Source: a virus
Lineage: Duplodnaviria; Caudoviricetes
Strand: one strand, 5' to 3'
IMG/VR virus record: IMGVR_UViG_3300042453_000205
Coordinates: 1 to 25,772 of that record
Length of the DNA stretch: 25,772 nt
Shown here one piece after another: positions 1 through 8,572 of the stretch (its first letter is position 1; every line of letters starts with the position of its first letter). The notes under the pieces are model-generated. The model saw only the letters and a program-made list of their open reading frames with translations. It was not told the origin of the DNA and made no database searches. The translations under genes were made by a program, and so were the position numbers.

Positions 1-1
1 G

Positions 2-1072
2 ACCATCTGGACTACCAAATCCACCACCTCCGCCACCAGCACCTACTGCAGTTGCACTTACGCCAGCAGTACGATTATTTCCACCAAAACCACCAGCACC
101 GCCTCCACCTCCGCCAGCAAGTGACGAATTAAAGTCACCACCTCCACCACTACCATAAGCAGTATTAGATGGAAGTATTGCAGTTATATTGTTTGAACCA
201 GTTATATTAGTATTAGATGTTTGTGCTGCACCAACATTTGCATTACTATTAGCACCAGTACCATTACCACCAGCAACTCCTGATATTGTGATTGCACCAG
301 CAACATTGCTTGTAGCATTACCTGCTCCACCACCAGCACCACCATTACCACTTCTTACGCCAGCAACTGCCCCATTTGCTCCACTACCACCAACGCTATT
401 TACAGTTGCGATAGAAGTAACGCCATAAGTAATATTAGTAACACCACTACCGCCATTACCGCCGTCGTTACCACTATTAGTGGGGTTATTATTTCCTTGC
501 GCACCACCATTAGTATTAGTAATAGTAATGGTTACTGTTTGTCCAGCAGTTACAGCATAGTCTATAAATCCAACAATAGCACCACCGCCTCCACCGCCTC
601 CTGCTGCGCCAGCACGATTTTGACCAACAACAGAACCACTACCACCGCCTCCACCTCCGCCTGGTGCAATTCCATAAGCAGCAATGGCTGTTACACCAGA
701 AGGTATTGTGTAAGTTGTAGTTGCATTAGCAGTTAATGCAAGACTATATACTGCTGGAACTACTAAACCAGTTGCAGTAGCAAATGCTGCACCAGAACCA
801 TTAAAATTTTGTCCAGCAATACTTATATTGTAAGTTTGACCACCAGAAAAACCAGCAACTGTAGTGGGAGAAGTAGTTAATGTTGTATTTACTGTAGCGC
901 CAGTAGTTGATGTACCAGTTAATACATAAGAAGTTGCTGCAGGACCAAGTGTGCTTGGTGTATAAGTAATAGTTACCGTAGTAGTATCTGCGGTAGTTGA
1001 CGCAGATGATGTACTTGGCGCAGTAGGTCTTGCGTAGTTTCTTTTACCGCCTTTGATATTTCCTGTAGCCAT
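2..1072 (-). CDS. Glycine-rich tail fibre / receptor-binding tip protein (3' end runs off the window)
   Basis: Not in the ORF track. ATG at 1072 overlaps the upstream TAA (TAATG). Reads MATGNIKGGKRNYARPTAPSTSSA..., with an FnIII-like beta-rich N-part (YNISIAGQNFNGSG) followed by YTIPSGVTAIAAYGIAPGGGGGGG and many GGGGG runs; open to the window edge. Confidence 0.85.
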   Translation of the reverse strand, partial: MATGNIKGGKRNYARPTAPSTSSASTTADTTTVTITYTPSTLGPAATSYVLTGTSTTGATVNTTLTTSPTTVAGFSGGQTYNISIAGQNFNGSGAAFATATGLVVPAVYSLALTANATTTYTIPSGVTAIAAYGIAPGGGGGGGSGSVVGQNRAGAAGGGGGGGAIVGFIDYAVTAGQTVTITITNTNGGAQGNNNPTNSGNDGGNGGSGVTNITYGVTSIATVNSVGGSGANGAVAGVRSGNGGAGGGAGNATSNVAGAITISGVAGGNGTGANSNANVGAAQTSNTNITGSNNITAILPSNTAYGSGGGGDFNSSLAGGGGGGAGGFGGNNRTAGVSATAVGAGGGGGGFGSPDG

Positions 1073-1401
1073 TATGCAATCTCGCTTCCAAATAGATTAA
1101 ATGCCATTGTTGCTGAACTAGCAAATACAGTTACAACATCACTAGCATCTAGTGTTATTCCTATAGTTAAAGTATCTGTACTCTGTGGAGCCACGCTTGA
1201 GTCATATACAATATAATGTTTGTTTTCCAAAGTTGCTCCATTAGGTCTGACCGCTATTCTATATGTAGCAGGTGCAGCACCTATGTTAGCCACCGTAATA
1301 GTTGATATTACAGTTTCTGTAGCAGACGGTACAGTATATGCAGTCGTTGCTGTCGTAGCGCTGGGATTTACCTGACCCAGCACTTTATATGTTGCAGCCA
1401 A
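1072..1401 (-). CDS. Small beta-rich tail-fibre-associated protein
   Basis: 109 aa, TTG start with GGGAG upstream; YTVP...ISTITVAN motif typical of proteins following phage fibre genes; coupled to the downstream gene. Confidence 0.75.
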   Translation of the reverse strand: MAATYKVLGQVNPSATTATTAYTVPSATETVISTITVANIGAAPATYRIAVRPNGATLENKHYIVYDSSVAPQSTDTLTIGITLDASDVVTVFASSATMAFNLFGSEIA

Positions 1402-1402
1402 G

Positions 1403-3181
1403 TTAGGCTCCCATCAGTAGTAGTGGACTAAATGTTTCGCCCTGTGCTGTTCCTGTTGAAGCAGAGGTAATTCTACCATAAGCATCTACAGTAATAGTAG
1501 AGAGGGTATAAGTATTAGCGGTTACTCCACTAGTACTTAAATCTATTGTCGGGGCAGTAGCCGTACCGCCAACAGAAATTCTATTTGTATTTCCTGAGGT
1601 AACAGAAGTTACAACGGAAGATGTGTCAATGGCTAAGGTTACAGAACCAGAGGTTCCTCCACCTGTTAAGCCAGTACCAGCAGTTACTCCAGTTATATCT
1701 CCTGGATTAGGTGCAGACCATACAAGTCCTGAAGTTGTTGCTGAATCAACAGATAAAACATATCCAGCAGTTGAAGCCACTGGTAAAATTACATAGGCAT
1801 CATTTGCACTACCAACAATTAAATCACCCTTTGCGTTAATGTCAGTCTTATTAACCGCATTAGCAGCATTGGATTGTTGAGCATAATACTTAGCAGAGTA
1901 CTCTGAACCATCTACTGTGCCATCAGTTTTAGTTGCCCAAGCCTGAGCAGATGTAGCAGATGCTGCAGCACTAGTTGCGCTAGTGGCTGCTGATGTAGCA
2001 GAGGTAGCCGCACTAGTAGCAGATGTTGCTGCTGCGCTAGCAGATGTTGCAGAAGCAGTAGCACTTGTAGCCGATGCTGTAGCGCTTGTGGCAGAAGCCG
2101 TTGCCGAATTAGCAGCACTTGTGGCTGAGGTAGCAGCAGAAGCAGCACTTGTTGCTGCACTAGTTGCAGAAGTAGCAATTGTGGCTACGGAGTTAGCAGC
2201 GGCGGTAGCACTGGCTGCAGCGCTTGTAGCGCTAGTTGCAGCAGCAGTAGCAGAAGCAGCAGCGGATGTCGCTGAAGTGGCTGCAGCAGTTGCGCTAGTG
2301 GCAGAACTAGTAGCACTGGTAGCAGCAGCAGTTGCACTGGTTGCTGAAGATGTTGCTGAAGTCTGAGCACTAGTTGCGCTTGTTGCTGCGCTAGATGCTG
2401 ATGTGGCTGCTGAAGAAGCACTAGTAGCAGCAGATGCTGCTGAGGTAGATGCTGCAGTTGCAGAGCCTAGAATGCTATCTACATAATCCTTTGGAGTAGC
2501 AGATGATGAAATCATACCTGCGCTAGATAGACCAGTAATAACTGGAGTACCTGAGATAGTAGGACTTGTTAAAGTTTTGTTAGTTAAAGTATCTGTAGTA
2601 TCACGAAGTACTACACGGCCAGAAGCATCTGGTAAATCAATTTGTCTATCTGCAGTTGGGTCTACTACTGTTAATGTAGTTTCAAAAGTATCTGCAGTAG
2701 TACCTTCAAATACAATAGAGGTAAACTCTGCACCAGCACCAGCAGTAATTGTTGGACTAGTAATTGTAGGGGCAGTTAAAGTTTTATTAGTAAGTGTTTG
2801 AGTATCAGTTGTACCTACTACATTTGAAGTAGCAGCAATGCCGTGTACTCCATTAGATGTTTCAATATGGGTATTGGCTTCACGATAATCTCTACCAATT
2901 GCCATATGTCGTACTACAGCACCAGCAGAGTGGGCTACACCAGATGAGCCATCAATACCACGAGTAATAGTAAGAGTGTTAGTCGCAACCGCCGTTACAT
3001 CTACAATTTCTTCAAGCGCTGTATCTGGGTCAATTACTACGGTAAAGGTTTGACCAGCAGATATGGTCACACCACCAAGTAATGAAGTTCCTGATACTAC
3101 GGTTGCTGAAGTACCAGATGAGGTTAACGCCGAAGCCAGAGTTGTCTGCTGTGAGCGTGAGGAGTATTTGCGTGTTGTCAT
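1403..3181 (-). CDS. Tail fibre protein with Ser/Thr/Ala heptad-repeat shaft
   Basis: 592 aa; fibre motifs TLTNKTLT (x2), GDITGVTAGTGLTGGG and ITVDAYGRITSA; long SATSAAT-type repeat. Confidence 0.85.
   Translation of the reverse strand: MTTRKYSSRSQQTTLASALTSSGTSATVVSGTSLLGGVTISAGQTFTVVIDPDTALEEIVDVTAVATNTLTITRGIDGSSGVAHSAGAVVRHMAIGRDYREANTHIETSNGVHGIAATSNVVGTTDTQTLTNKTLTAPTITSPTITAGAGAEFTSIVFEGTTADTFETTLTVVDPTADRQIDLPDASGRVVLRDTTDTLTNKTLTSPTISGTPVITGLSSAGMISSSATPKDYVDSILGSATAASTSAASAATSASSAATSASSAATSATSAQTSATSSATSATAAATSATSSATSATAAATSATSAAASATAAATSATSAAASATAAANSVATIATSATSAATSAASAATSATSAANSATASATSATASATSATASATSASAAATSATSAATSATSAATSATSAAASATSAQAWATKTDGTVDGSEYSAKYYAQQSNAANAVNKTDINAKGDLIVGSANDAYVILPVASTAGYVLSVDSATTSGLVWSAPNPGDITGVTAGTGLTGGGTSGSVTLAIDTSSVVTSVTSGNTNRISVGGTATAPTIDLSTSGVTANTYTLSTITVDAYGRITSASTGTAQGETFSPLLLMGA
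1950..2465 (-). repeat. Degenerate 21-bp (7-aa) coding tandem repeat, SATSAAT/SATAAAT-like
   Basis: About 170 aa made almost entirely of S/A/T with 7-residue periodicity inside the tail fibre. Confidence 0.85.
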
Positions 3182-3189
3182 TTATTTAC

Positions 3190-4110
3190 CTATCGGCTGT
3201 AGTGGACGCGGATTGGATATGCAGTTTGCTGTCTTTGAGTTTCCTCATTTAAGCGTTGTGTATATAGGGCGTATAGTTGTTTTGTTGCAGTTTGTGAAGC
3301 ACCATAAGGACGCTTGCTATCTGTCTCATCTGCTTGTGGACTAACCTGAGCAGCACGTGCTGGGTCAAGGTAAGTAAGCAAACGGTAAGAAGCGCCAAGA
3401 ACAATTACATCTTTGCAAGTATTTGGTAGTCCAGTTTGTGTTGAGAAGTCTTGAGCATTAGTAGTAAATGGAACTGGGTCAGTTGAATATACAACCTTAA
3501 CAGTTCTACCTGGAGTAATATAATCTCCAATAGTTACTGTCTGTGCTGTAGCACCAAATGCTGTAGCATCTGCTTTAGAATCCCAAGACCAACGACGCAC
3601 AGGAATCCATTCTTGAGATGGACCAACTGATTGCCACATAATTGAAAGAATGTTTTGGATATTTAACCCATCAAAATCATAGGTTGTTTGAGCAGCATTA
3701 AATGTAAAGGTAGTTACATTAACTGCAAATATAGTAGAACCGGCAGCATTGATAGTATCGTTAATAGCCTTCTTGATTACATAACGTGGGAATGTAGGTG
3801 AGATGGTAACCTTAGTATCTGCTGTGTGTGTAGCAGCAGTAGTACCTAGATAACCACGACCATAAGGAGATACAGTTGCTGTGTTAGCAACACGGTCAAA
3901 TGAATCTACCCACATTAACTCTTCGTCAATCTCAACTACACCTTTACCTAGGTTCTCAGTTGAACCCAAAGATAGTACTGTAGGAGAAGATGATGGAGAC
4001 GTTAAAGTAGTAACAGCACTAGTTAAGTGTGTTGCTCTGTCCTGTTGATAGGTATAACCTGCAAGGTTAATCTGAACTTCATTTATTAAATCCGTTAATG
4101 TAGTTGTCAT
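3190..4110 (-). CDS. Probable head-tail adaptor / tail tubular protein
   Basis: 306 aa; N-terminal TLTDLINEV, IKKAINDTI, and C-terminal LP...DVIVLGASYRLL pattern resembling phage adaptor proteins; lies between capsid and fibre genes. Confidence 0.6.
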   Translation of the reverse strand: MTTTLTDLINEVQINLAGYTYQQDRATHLTSAVTTLTSPSSSPTVLSLGSTENLGKGVVEIDEELMWVDSFDRVANTATVSPYGRGYLGTTAATHTADTKVTISPTFPRYVIKKAINDTINAAGSTIFAVNVTTFTFNAAQTTYDFDGLNIQNILSIMWQSVGPSQEWIPVRRWSWDSKADATAFGATAQTVTIGDYITPGRTVKVVYSTDPVPFTTNAQDFSTQTGLPNTCKDVIVLGASYRLLTYLDPARAAQVSPQADETDSKRPYGASQTATKQLYALYTQRLNEETQRQQTAYPIRVHYSR

Positions 4111-4373
4111 TAGGCGTTTATGCTCCGTAATGCAGCAGGTGCTGCTAGACCAGTAGTTCCTGCAAGTTCGTTACAGATACCATCAATATCTTTATAATCA
4201 GCAGGAGTTGTTTTACCTGCTAATACATTTAAAGCACCAACGGTTGCAAGTCCAGTAGTTCCAGCATATGCATTCGCTGCTCCTTGTTCATCAAGATACT
4301 TTGTTATATCGGTGATACCAGCAAGACGGTTAAGTTCTGCTGTGAGGCTACTACCTGCTTTACCAAGTGCCAT
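4110..4373 (-). CDS. Hypothetical virion-module protein
   Basis: 87 aa, Ala/Gly-rich with internal repeat (AGTTGLA x2); TAATG overlap with the next gene. Confidence 0.75.
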   Translation of the reverse strand: MALGKAGSSLTAELNRLAGITDITKYLDEQGAANAYAGTTGLATVGALNVLAGKTTPADYKDIDGICNELAGTTGLAAPAALRSINA

Positions 4374-4381
4374 TGTTTATC

Positions 4382-5131
4382 CTATCTAGGTGTAATGATT
4401 TTCTTATCAGGAGTGATAAGTTTTGACTTAGGCTCTTCTTTAGGCTTACCAAAGAATGCTTTGTAATAATGTTCATCTAATGAGAAACGCTTCATATGTG
4501 GAGCAGTGGCTCCTGTGTGGCAGTATAGTGGTACTTCTGCCTTATCACATAGGGCGAAGAAGAATATATCTTCACCGATAAACTTAGTTCCTCTACCCAT
4601 TTCCATAAACACCTGTCCCTCAGGTGATACTTCACGTACTTTAGGTACTATACTTCTATGCATTAGGATAAATCCAAACCCTGCTGCATCTACTTTAATT
4701 AGTTTATTATCTGGTAGTGGATGTACTCTGGCTAATCCAAAGCCACCATCTCCATCATTAACAAAACTAAATACTGTAGGCATTGGAACCATCAAAGGTT
4801 CCTCAGGATTATCTGTAGTAAAGTATACTCCAGTAATCAATGGACGCTCTTTAGCATCCCTGTTATCCCATAATAATCTAAACTTCTCTGGACTAATTAC
4901 TACATCTGAATCTACCCATAGTAGCCATTCGTAGTTAGTCTTATCATACCAGTAATCAATAACTGTTTGGCGTTGTCTAGCAATCTGATTGCCTTGACTG
5001 CGTAATGATGTTGCAAACTCGACACCAGACTTTAGTATTACATCTGTTACGCCTTGCATAAACTTACCATCTACCATACCATTGTCACACCATACAATGG
5101 CTACGCTATCTTTTGTCCCCTTGGTACTCAT
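4382..5131 (-). CDS. GT-A fold (GT2-like) glycosyltransferase
   Basis: Start moved to the ATG at 5131 (MSTKGTKD), just after the upstream stop; DxD in WLLWVDSDVVI, VDAAGFGFILM and catalytic-base-like GEDIFF motif. Confidence 0.8.
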   Translation of the reverse strand: MSTKGTKDSVAIVWCDNGMVDGKFMQGVTDVILKSGVEFATSLRSQGNQIARQRQTVIDYWYDKTNYEWLLWVDSDVVISPEKFRLLWDNRDAKERPLITGVYFTTDNPEEPLMVPMPTVFSFVNDGDGGFGLARVHPLPDNKLIKVDAAGFGFILMHRSIVPKVREVSPEGQVFMEMGRGTKFIGEDIFFFALCDKAEVPLYCHTGATAPHMKRFSLDEHYYKAFFGKPKEEPKSKLITPDKKIITPR

Positions 5132-5132
5132 A

Positions 5133-5414
5133 TTACCACTTAACCTTGTCCGCCCAATAGGCTGCACTCATTTTGCCTTTAGCAATATTCTTACCGTGTC
5201 TTGCCTTGAAAGACTTACGCTTTGCTTTCATACGCTCTGATTCGCCAGCCTTAGGAGCACCTGCTGTGCTTGCGCCTTGCTCACCAAATCTAATAGTCTT
5301 TACTTTACTTCCTACCTTAGCCACTACTACGTGTGACTTCTTAGGATGATTAGGAGTACGCTTTGGCTTATTGTAGCCAGATACTCCAATTCTTTTTAAT
5401 ACTGAATCAGCCAT
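5133..5414 (-). CDS. Small basic conserved phage protein
   Basis: 93 aa, Lys/Arg-rich; KTIRFGEQG...SFKARH...SAAYWA motif; coupled by TAATG. Confidence 0.85.
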   Translation of the reverse strand: MADSVLKRIGVSGYNKPKRTPNHPKKSHVVVAKVGSKVKTIRFGEQGASTAGAPKAGESERMKAKRKSFKARHGKNIAKGKMSAAYWADKVKW

Positions 5415-5656
5415 TATTTGCCCCTATACTTTGCGGTTTTCTTTGCTATATTCTTAGGTTGTTTAACGAATTGTTTTCCTTTAGCATTACCAGTAGCCTT
5501 AGCCTTATTGGTTGCTGCTTTTTCTGCTGGGCTTAATGCTGCCCAAGCAGCCTCAGGTAGATATCTTTTCTTGCCCTTAGATGGTTTACCATCAGAAGTT
5601 TTCCACTTCTGCTTAGTCCAATCCTTTAAAGACTTCTGAGATTTAGCAAGTGCCAT
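5414..5656 (-). CDS. Small basic protein, resembles the C-terminal half of DUF5872
   Basis: 80 aa; SLKDWTKQKWKT...RYLPEAAW motif (family assignment from memory). Confidence 0.75.
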   Translation of the reverse strand: MALAKSQKSLKDWTKQKWKTSDGKPSKGKKRYLPEAAWAALSPAEKAATNKAKATGNAKGKQFVKQPKNIAKKTAKYRGK

Positions 5657-5838
5657 TACTTGTAACCTCCGCCTGCCTTTTTATATTGAACTGCAAGTAA
5701 TTGTGCCTTACGGGCTGACCATTCTCCTGGGTCTCCACCCTTAGAACCAGCCTTAATCTTTTTGAATAACGCTGCTCTCATACCAGGTTTGGTATAGTTC
5801 CCAGCAGCATTAACTTTAGACTTTGCTTTCTTCTTCAT
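5656..5838 (-). CDS. Small basic protein, resembles the N-terminal half of DUF5872
   Basis: 60 aa; YTKP...KGGDPGEWSARKAQLLAVQYKKAGGGY motif; AAGGGGAC RBS. Confidence 0.75.
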   Translation of the reverse strand: MKKKAKSKVNAAGNYTKPGMRAALFKKIKAGSKGGDPGEWSARKAQLLAVQYKKAGGGYK

Positions 5839-5978
5839 TTAGTCCCCTTTATTTGTTCCTTTGTCTTAGGGTCAAGGCGCATTTTCTCACGCCCATCTTT
5901 ACGTAGAATAACAATTACACCGTCTCGCATAATTGATTTATTCCAACCGTCGTGACGCTTACGTTGACCCGATGACAT
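5835..5978 (-). CDS. Small basic hypothetical protein (47 aa)
   Basis: Not in the ORF track; MSSGQRKRHDGWNKSIMRDGVIVILRKDGREKMRLDPKTKEQIKGTK; TAATG and ATGA overlaps at its two ends. Confidence 0.75.
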   Translation of the reverse strand: MSSGQRKRHDGWNKSIMRDGVIVILRKDGREKMRLDPKTKEQIKGTK

Positions 5979-6133
5979 TACTTCTTCTTCGACTTACCAG
6001 CCTGAGATAAAGCAATAGCAATTGCTTGCTTCTTAGACTTAACCATCTTTTTAGATTTGCCAATGTTAAGAGTTCCAGCCTTATACTCTTTCATTACCTT
6101 GGAAATCTTTTTCTTTGCTGCTGCTTTTTTCAT
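5978..6133 (-). CDS. Small Lys-rich protein, DUF6496-like (51 aa)
   Basis: Not in the ORF track; MKKAAAKKKISKVMKEYKAGTL...SKKQAIAIALSQAGKSKKK; overlaps both neighbours. Confidence 0.8.
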   Translation of the reverse strand: MKKAAAKKKISKVMKEYKAGTLNIGKSKKMVKSKKQAIAIALSQAGKSKKK

Positions 6134-6330
6134 TTCTTTTTAACCTTATTTAATCCTGGAGCAGTACGAGTTTGAGGTATAAACATTCCTGGATATTTTT
6201 CTTCAAGTGCTTTTTTAGCGGCAGCATTGGCTGCAGCCACACCTTTAGGGGATATTGTCATACCAAAATCTTTAAGAACCTTTTCACGCTTTTGAGATTC
6301 TGTCATTTTTTTTGGTTTAGGGGTATTCAT
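6130..6330 (-). CDS. Small basic hypothetical protein
   Basis: 66 aa, Lys-rich, ATGA overlap with the downstream gene. Confidence 0.7.
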   Translation of the reverse strand: MNTPKPKKMTESQKREKVLKDFGMTISPKGVAAANAAAKKALEEKYPGMFIPQTRTAPGLNKVKKK

Positions 6331-6331
6331 G

Positions 6332-6451
6332 TTACTTCTTCTTGCCCATCTTTTTCATAACCATTTTTTTGGCTGACTTCTTGGCTGCTTTCTTAGCCAT
6401 TGCCTTACCTTTTGCTGTGTATGGGAATTTCTTTCCGTCTACTTTTGGCAT
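6332..6451 (-). CDS. Very small Lys/Ala-rich protein (39 aa)
   Basis: Not in the ORF track; MPKVDGKKFPYTAKGKAMAKKAAKKSAKKMVMKKMGKKK; TAATG overlap upstream. Confidence 0.75.
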   Translation of the reverse strand: MPKVDGKKFPYTAKGKAMAKKAAKKSAKKMVMKKMGKKK

Positions 6452-6759
6452 TATATTTGTCCTATCTCTTTCATTACGGCTGCGGCTTTTGGAGTTATAT
6501 CTTTAGTCTTAGGCATAGTGTCCGCATTATACGCTTTACCTAATACTTCTGAAGCCCTATGCGCTTCCTGTACGTGACGCATAGTTGTTCCTGCTGGTTG
6601 TATCCCCTGTGCTCTAGCATCTCTATATGCCTGTAACTCAGAGTTCCATTTCTTATCTGGTATATCTCTCTTAGCATCTCCAGTATTCATCTGAAGACTT
6701 AAACCTTTACATCCAAAACATCCTTCAATAGGAGTTGGATGATGTTCCCAGTGTTTCAT
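6451..6759 (-). CDS. Hypothetical protein with His/CxxC N-terminus
   Basis: 102 aa; HWEHHP..CFGC; AAGGGGA RBS. Confidence 0.8.
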   Translation of the reverse strand: MKHWEHHPTPIEGCFGCKGLSLQMNTGDAKRDIPDKKWNSELQAYRDARAQGIQPAGTTMRHVQEAHRASEVLGKAYNADTMPKTKDITPKAAAVMKEIGQI

Positions 6760-6767
6760 TTATCCCC

Positions 6768-7037
6768 TTATACTGCTGTAAAATTTGCTTCTGTAACTCC
6801 TATACCACTAGCAATTAGTGCTGCTTTGGTAACGTCATCTACTATGTGTTTATGCCCACCTATATAGAACTCTTGATATGTTTCTACACTTGGGTCTAAA
6901 GGATAGCGATTGATTCTATATGAACCATTCTGTTTTACTACAGAAGTGCCAACATTTCTTTTATAGAAGTAGAACAGACGGTGTTTACCCGAAGGTCCTT
7001 CTTGTACATTAGGTGTTGTAAATATGTAATCTGCCAT
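6768..7037 (-). CDS. Hypothetical protein downstream of the capsid gene
   Basis: Start moved to the ATG at 7037 (MADYIFTTP), preceded by AAGGAG. Confidence 0.75.
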   Translation of the reverse strand: MADYIFTTPNVQEGPSGKHRLFYFYKRNVGTSVVKQNGSYRINRYPLDPSVETYQEFYIGGHKHIVDDVTKAALIASGIGVTEANFTAV

Positions 7038-7059
7038 CATTCTCCTTAATGAACTTACT

Positions 7060-7093
7060 GCCAAGCAGGAAACACGTGTGCTGCCTGCTTAGC
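7060..7093 (-). terminator. Stem-loop after the major capsid gene (terminator, attenuator or mRNA stabiliser)
   Basis: GCTAAGCAGG...CCTGCTTGGC 10-bp stem about 10 nt after the MCP stop; no clear U-tract. Confidence 0.55.
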
Positions 7094-7103
7094 CGTCAAT
7101 CAA

Positions 7104-8060
7104 CTAAGCGATTGAAGAACCTGATTCGATTCTGTATAGTGCCTCTTCACGGTAGCGAGCAAATCCTAATACGCCGTACCAACCCATTGGGCGGTGACGC
7201 ATCAAGCGGTCAACTACTGGTCCGATAACTACATGTGGCTCTTCTGCCACTGCCTCAGCAAGTGCTTGCTGTCCTGCTAGAATTGTGCGGTATACACGAG
7301 CAGATGAAGAACCATCTGTTGCGTTGTATAGACGTGGAGACTCTACGAAGTATGCACCCTCGTATGTTCCAATCTCTCCTGCCCAAATGCGGTCTTGTGC
7401 AGATCCGTATTGGTTAGGAAGCAACCATCCTGCGGAACCTGTCTCAGCACGAAGATCGTGTGAAACTTCTGGGTGGATACCACACCAGTATAGGCTACCC
7501 TTGCGAGCAACGGCTTTATTAGCACGTAACTTAGCAACGGCTCTACGTAGGTTTGCAGATGAAAGTGTAGCAGCAGCAGTAATTGTTGCTGTTGAGGTCG
7601 CTGTTGAACCTGAGTAGATTACGTTTGAACCGCCACGCAATGTTGTCATTGCTACGGAATCAATAGAATCTGCTAGGTTGTAAGCGATAATGTTTGCGAT
7701 TGCTGGGTCTACATCAGCAAGGCTGAATAGTTCCAACGCACGTGTTACCAACACTGAGTTACCGTACTCGTTAAGAGTAATGGTTACTGATGTTGGTGTT
7801 GACATTGCTACTGAATCGACATCGTCGTTTTCAGTTAAAGCAGTTGTCGCTGTTGATAGGTCAACATAGCGTTGTAAAACGACTGTTGAACCTGGGATTG
7901 CTTGACGTGCTGGACGCTTATCTGCGACAGAACGAATTAGGGGTTCTGAACGGAGAGCGAATTCAAGAAGACGGTCATACGCCTTCTGAACCAAACCAGC
8001 AGCACCAGCGGTACCTCCAAGAGAGGAACTACCTGTGGTAGTATAGTTTACTGTTGCCAT
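7104..8060 (-). CDS. Major capsid protein (N4-gp56-like family)
   Basis: 318 aa; follows the scaffold; strong GGAGGTG RBS; motifs TLNEYGN, IHPEVSHDL, GEIGTYEG and GWYG typical of this HK97-fold family. Confidence 0.9.
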   Translation of the reverse strand: MATVNYTTTGSSSLGGTAGAAGLVQKAYDRLLEFALRSEPLIRSVADKRPARQAIPGSTVVLQRYVDLSTATTALTENDDVDSVAMSTPTSVTITLNEYGNSVLVTRALELFSLADVDPAIANIIAYNLADSIDSVAMTTLRGGSNVIYSGSTATSTATITAAATLSSANLRRAVAKLRANKAVARKGSLYWCGIHPEVSHDLRAETGSAGWLLPNQYGSAQDRIWAGEIGTYEGAYFVESPRLYNATDGSSSARVYRTILAGQQALAEAVAEEPHVVIGPVVDRLMRHRPMGWYGVLGFARYREEALYRIESGSSIA

Positions 8061-8092
8061 TGTTTGTCACCTCCAAGTGACTATGAACGGAA

Positions 8093-8572
8093 TTATTGTT
8101 GTGAGCGAAGTACATCCAATAACGCATCCATTGAATCTGCATTATCGATGCGAAGATTTAAATCCTCTGCTCTATCCGGGGTCATAGCATTTTGTGTAAG
8201 TACATCTTGCTGCCTTAAGGCTGCTCTATCTACTTCACTAATTTTAGGCTCTTCTTTGTCAATCTTAATTCCAAATAGATCAGCGTTATCATCGAGCCAG
8301 TTATTCACTGTATCTTCGTTAACATCGTCTAAGTCTTTAAGGACAAGTCTAGCAGCCTTTGCGTTGACACCCTTCTTTTCTAGGACTTCTTTGACAACTC
8401 TTTCACGCTGCACCTTGGATAATCCCTCAAGTTGCTCAGTGAGTTCTTTGATACGTTTTTCATCTGCACGTTTGGCTTTACGTAACTTTTTAAGTAAGTC
8501 ACTTCCATCCATTTGTACATCTGTATCTGTATCCAGATCGTCGTCTTCGTCTTCCCAGTAGTTGTTGCTCAT
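8093..8572 (-). CDS. Capsid scaffolding protein
   Basis: Start moved to the ATG at 8572 (MSNNYWEDEDDD); acidic N-terminus followed by coiled coil; directly upstream of MCP. Confidence 0.75.
   Translation of the reverse strand: MSNNYWEDEDDDLDTDTDVQMDGSDLLKKLRKAKRADEKRIKELTEQLEGLSKVQRERVVKEVLEKKGVNAKAARLVLKDLDDVNEDTVNNWLDDNADLFGIKIDKEEPKISEVDRAALRQQDVLTQNAMTPDRAEDLNLRIDNADSMDALLDVLRSQQ

Noticed and set aside
189-736. Plus-strand ORFs 189-428 and 497-736
   Set aside because: Antisense shadows of the Gly/Thr-rich minus-strand fibre-tip gene; Pro/Thr runs mirror its GGN codons
1950-2465. Possible CRISPR array or DGR repeat
   Set aside because: Degenerate in-frame coding repeat without unique spacers; no cas or reverse transcriptase gene in the window
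1912-2801. Repetitive ORFs 1983-2366 (+), 1912-2178 (-), 2185-2421 (-) and 2577-2801 (+)
   Set aside because: Alternative-frame or antisense read-outs of the stop-poor tail-fibre repeat; no RBS support
5132-5167. Longer start for the glycosyltransferase given in the ORF track
   Set aside because: Overlaps the upstream gene; the ATG at 5131 follows the upstream stop directly
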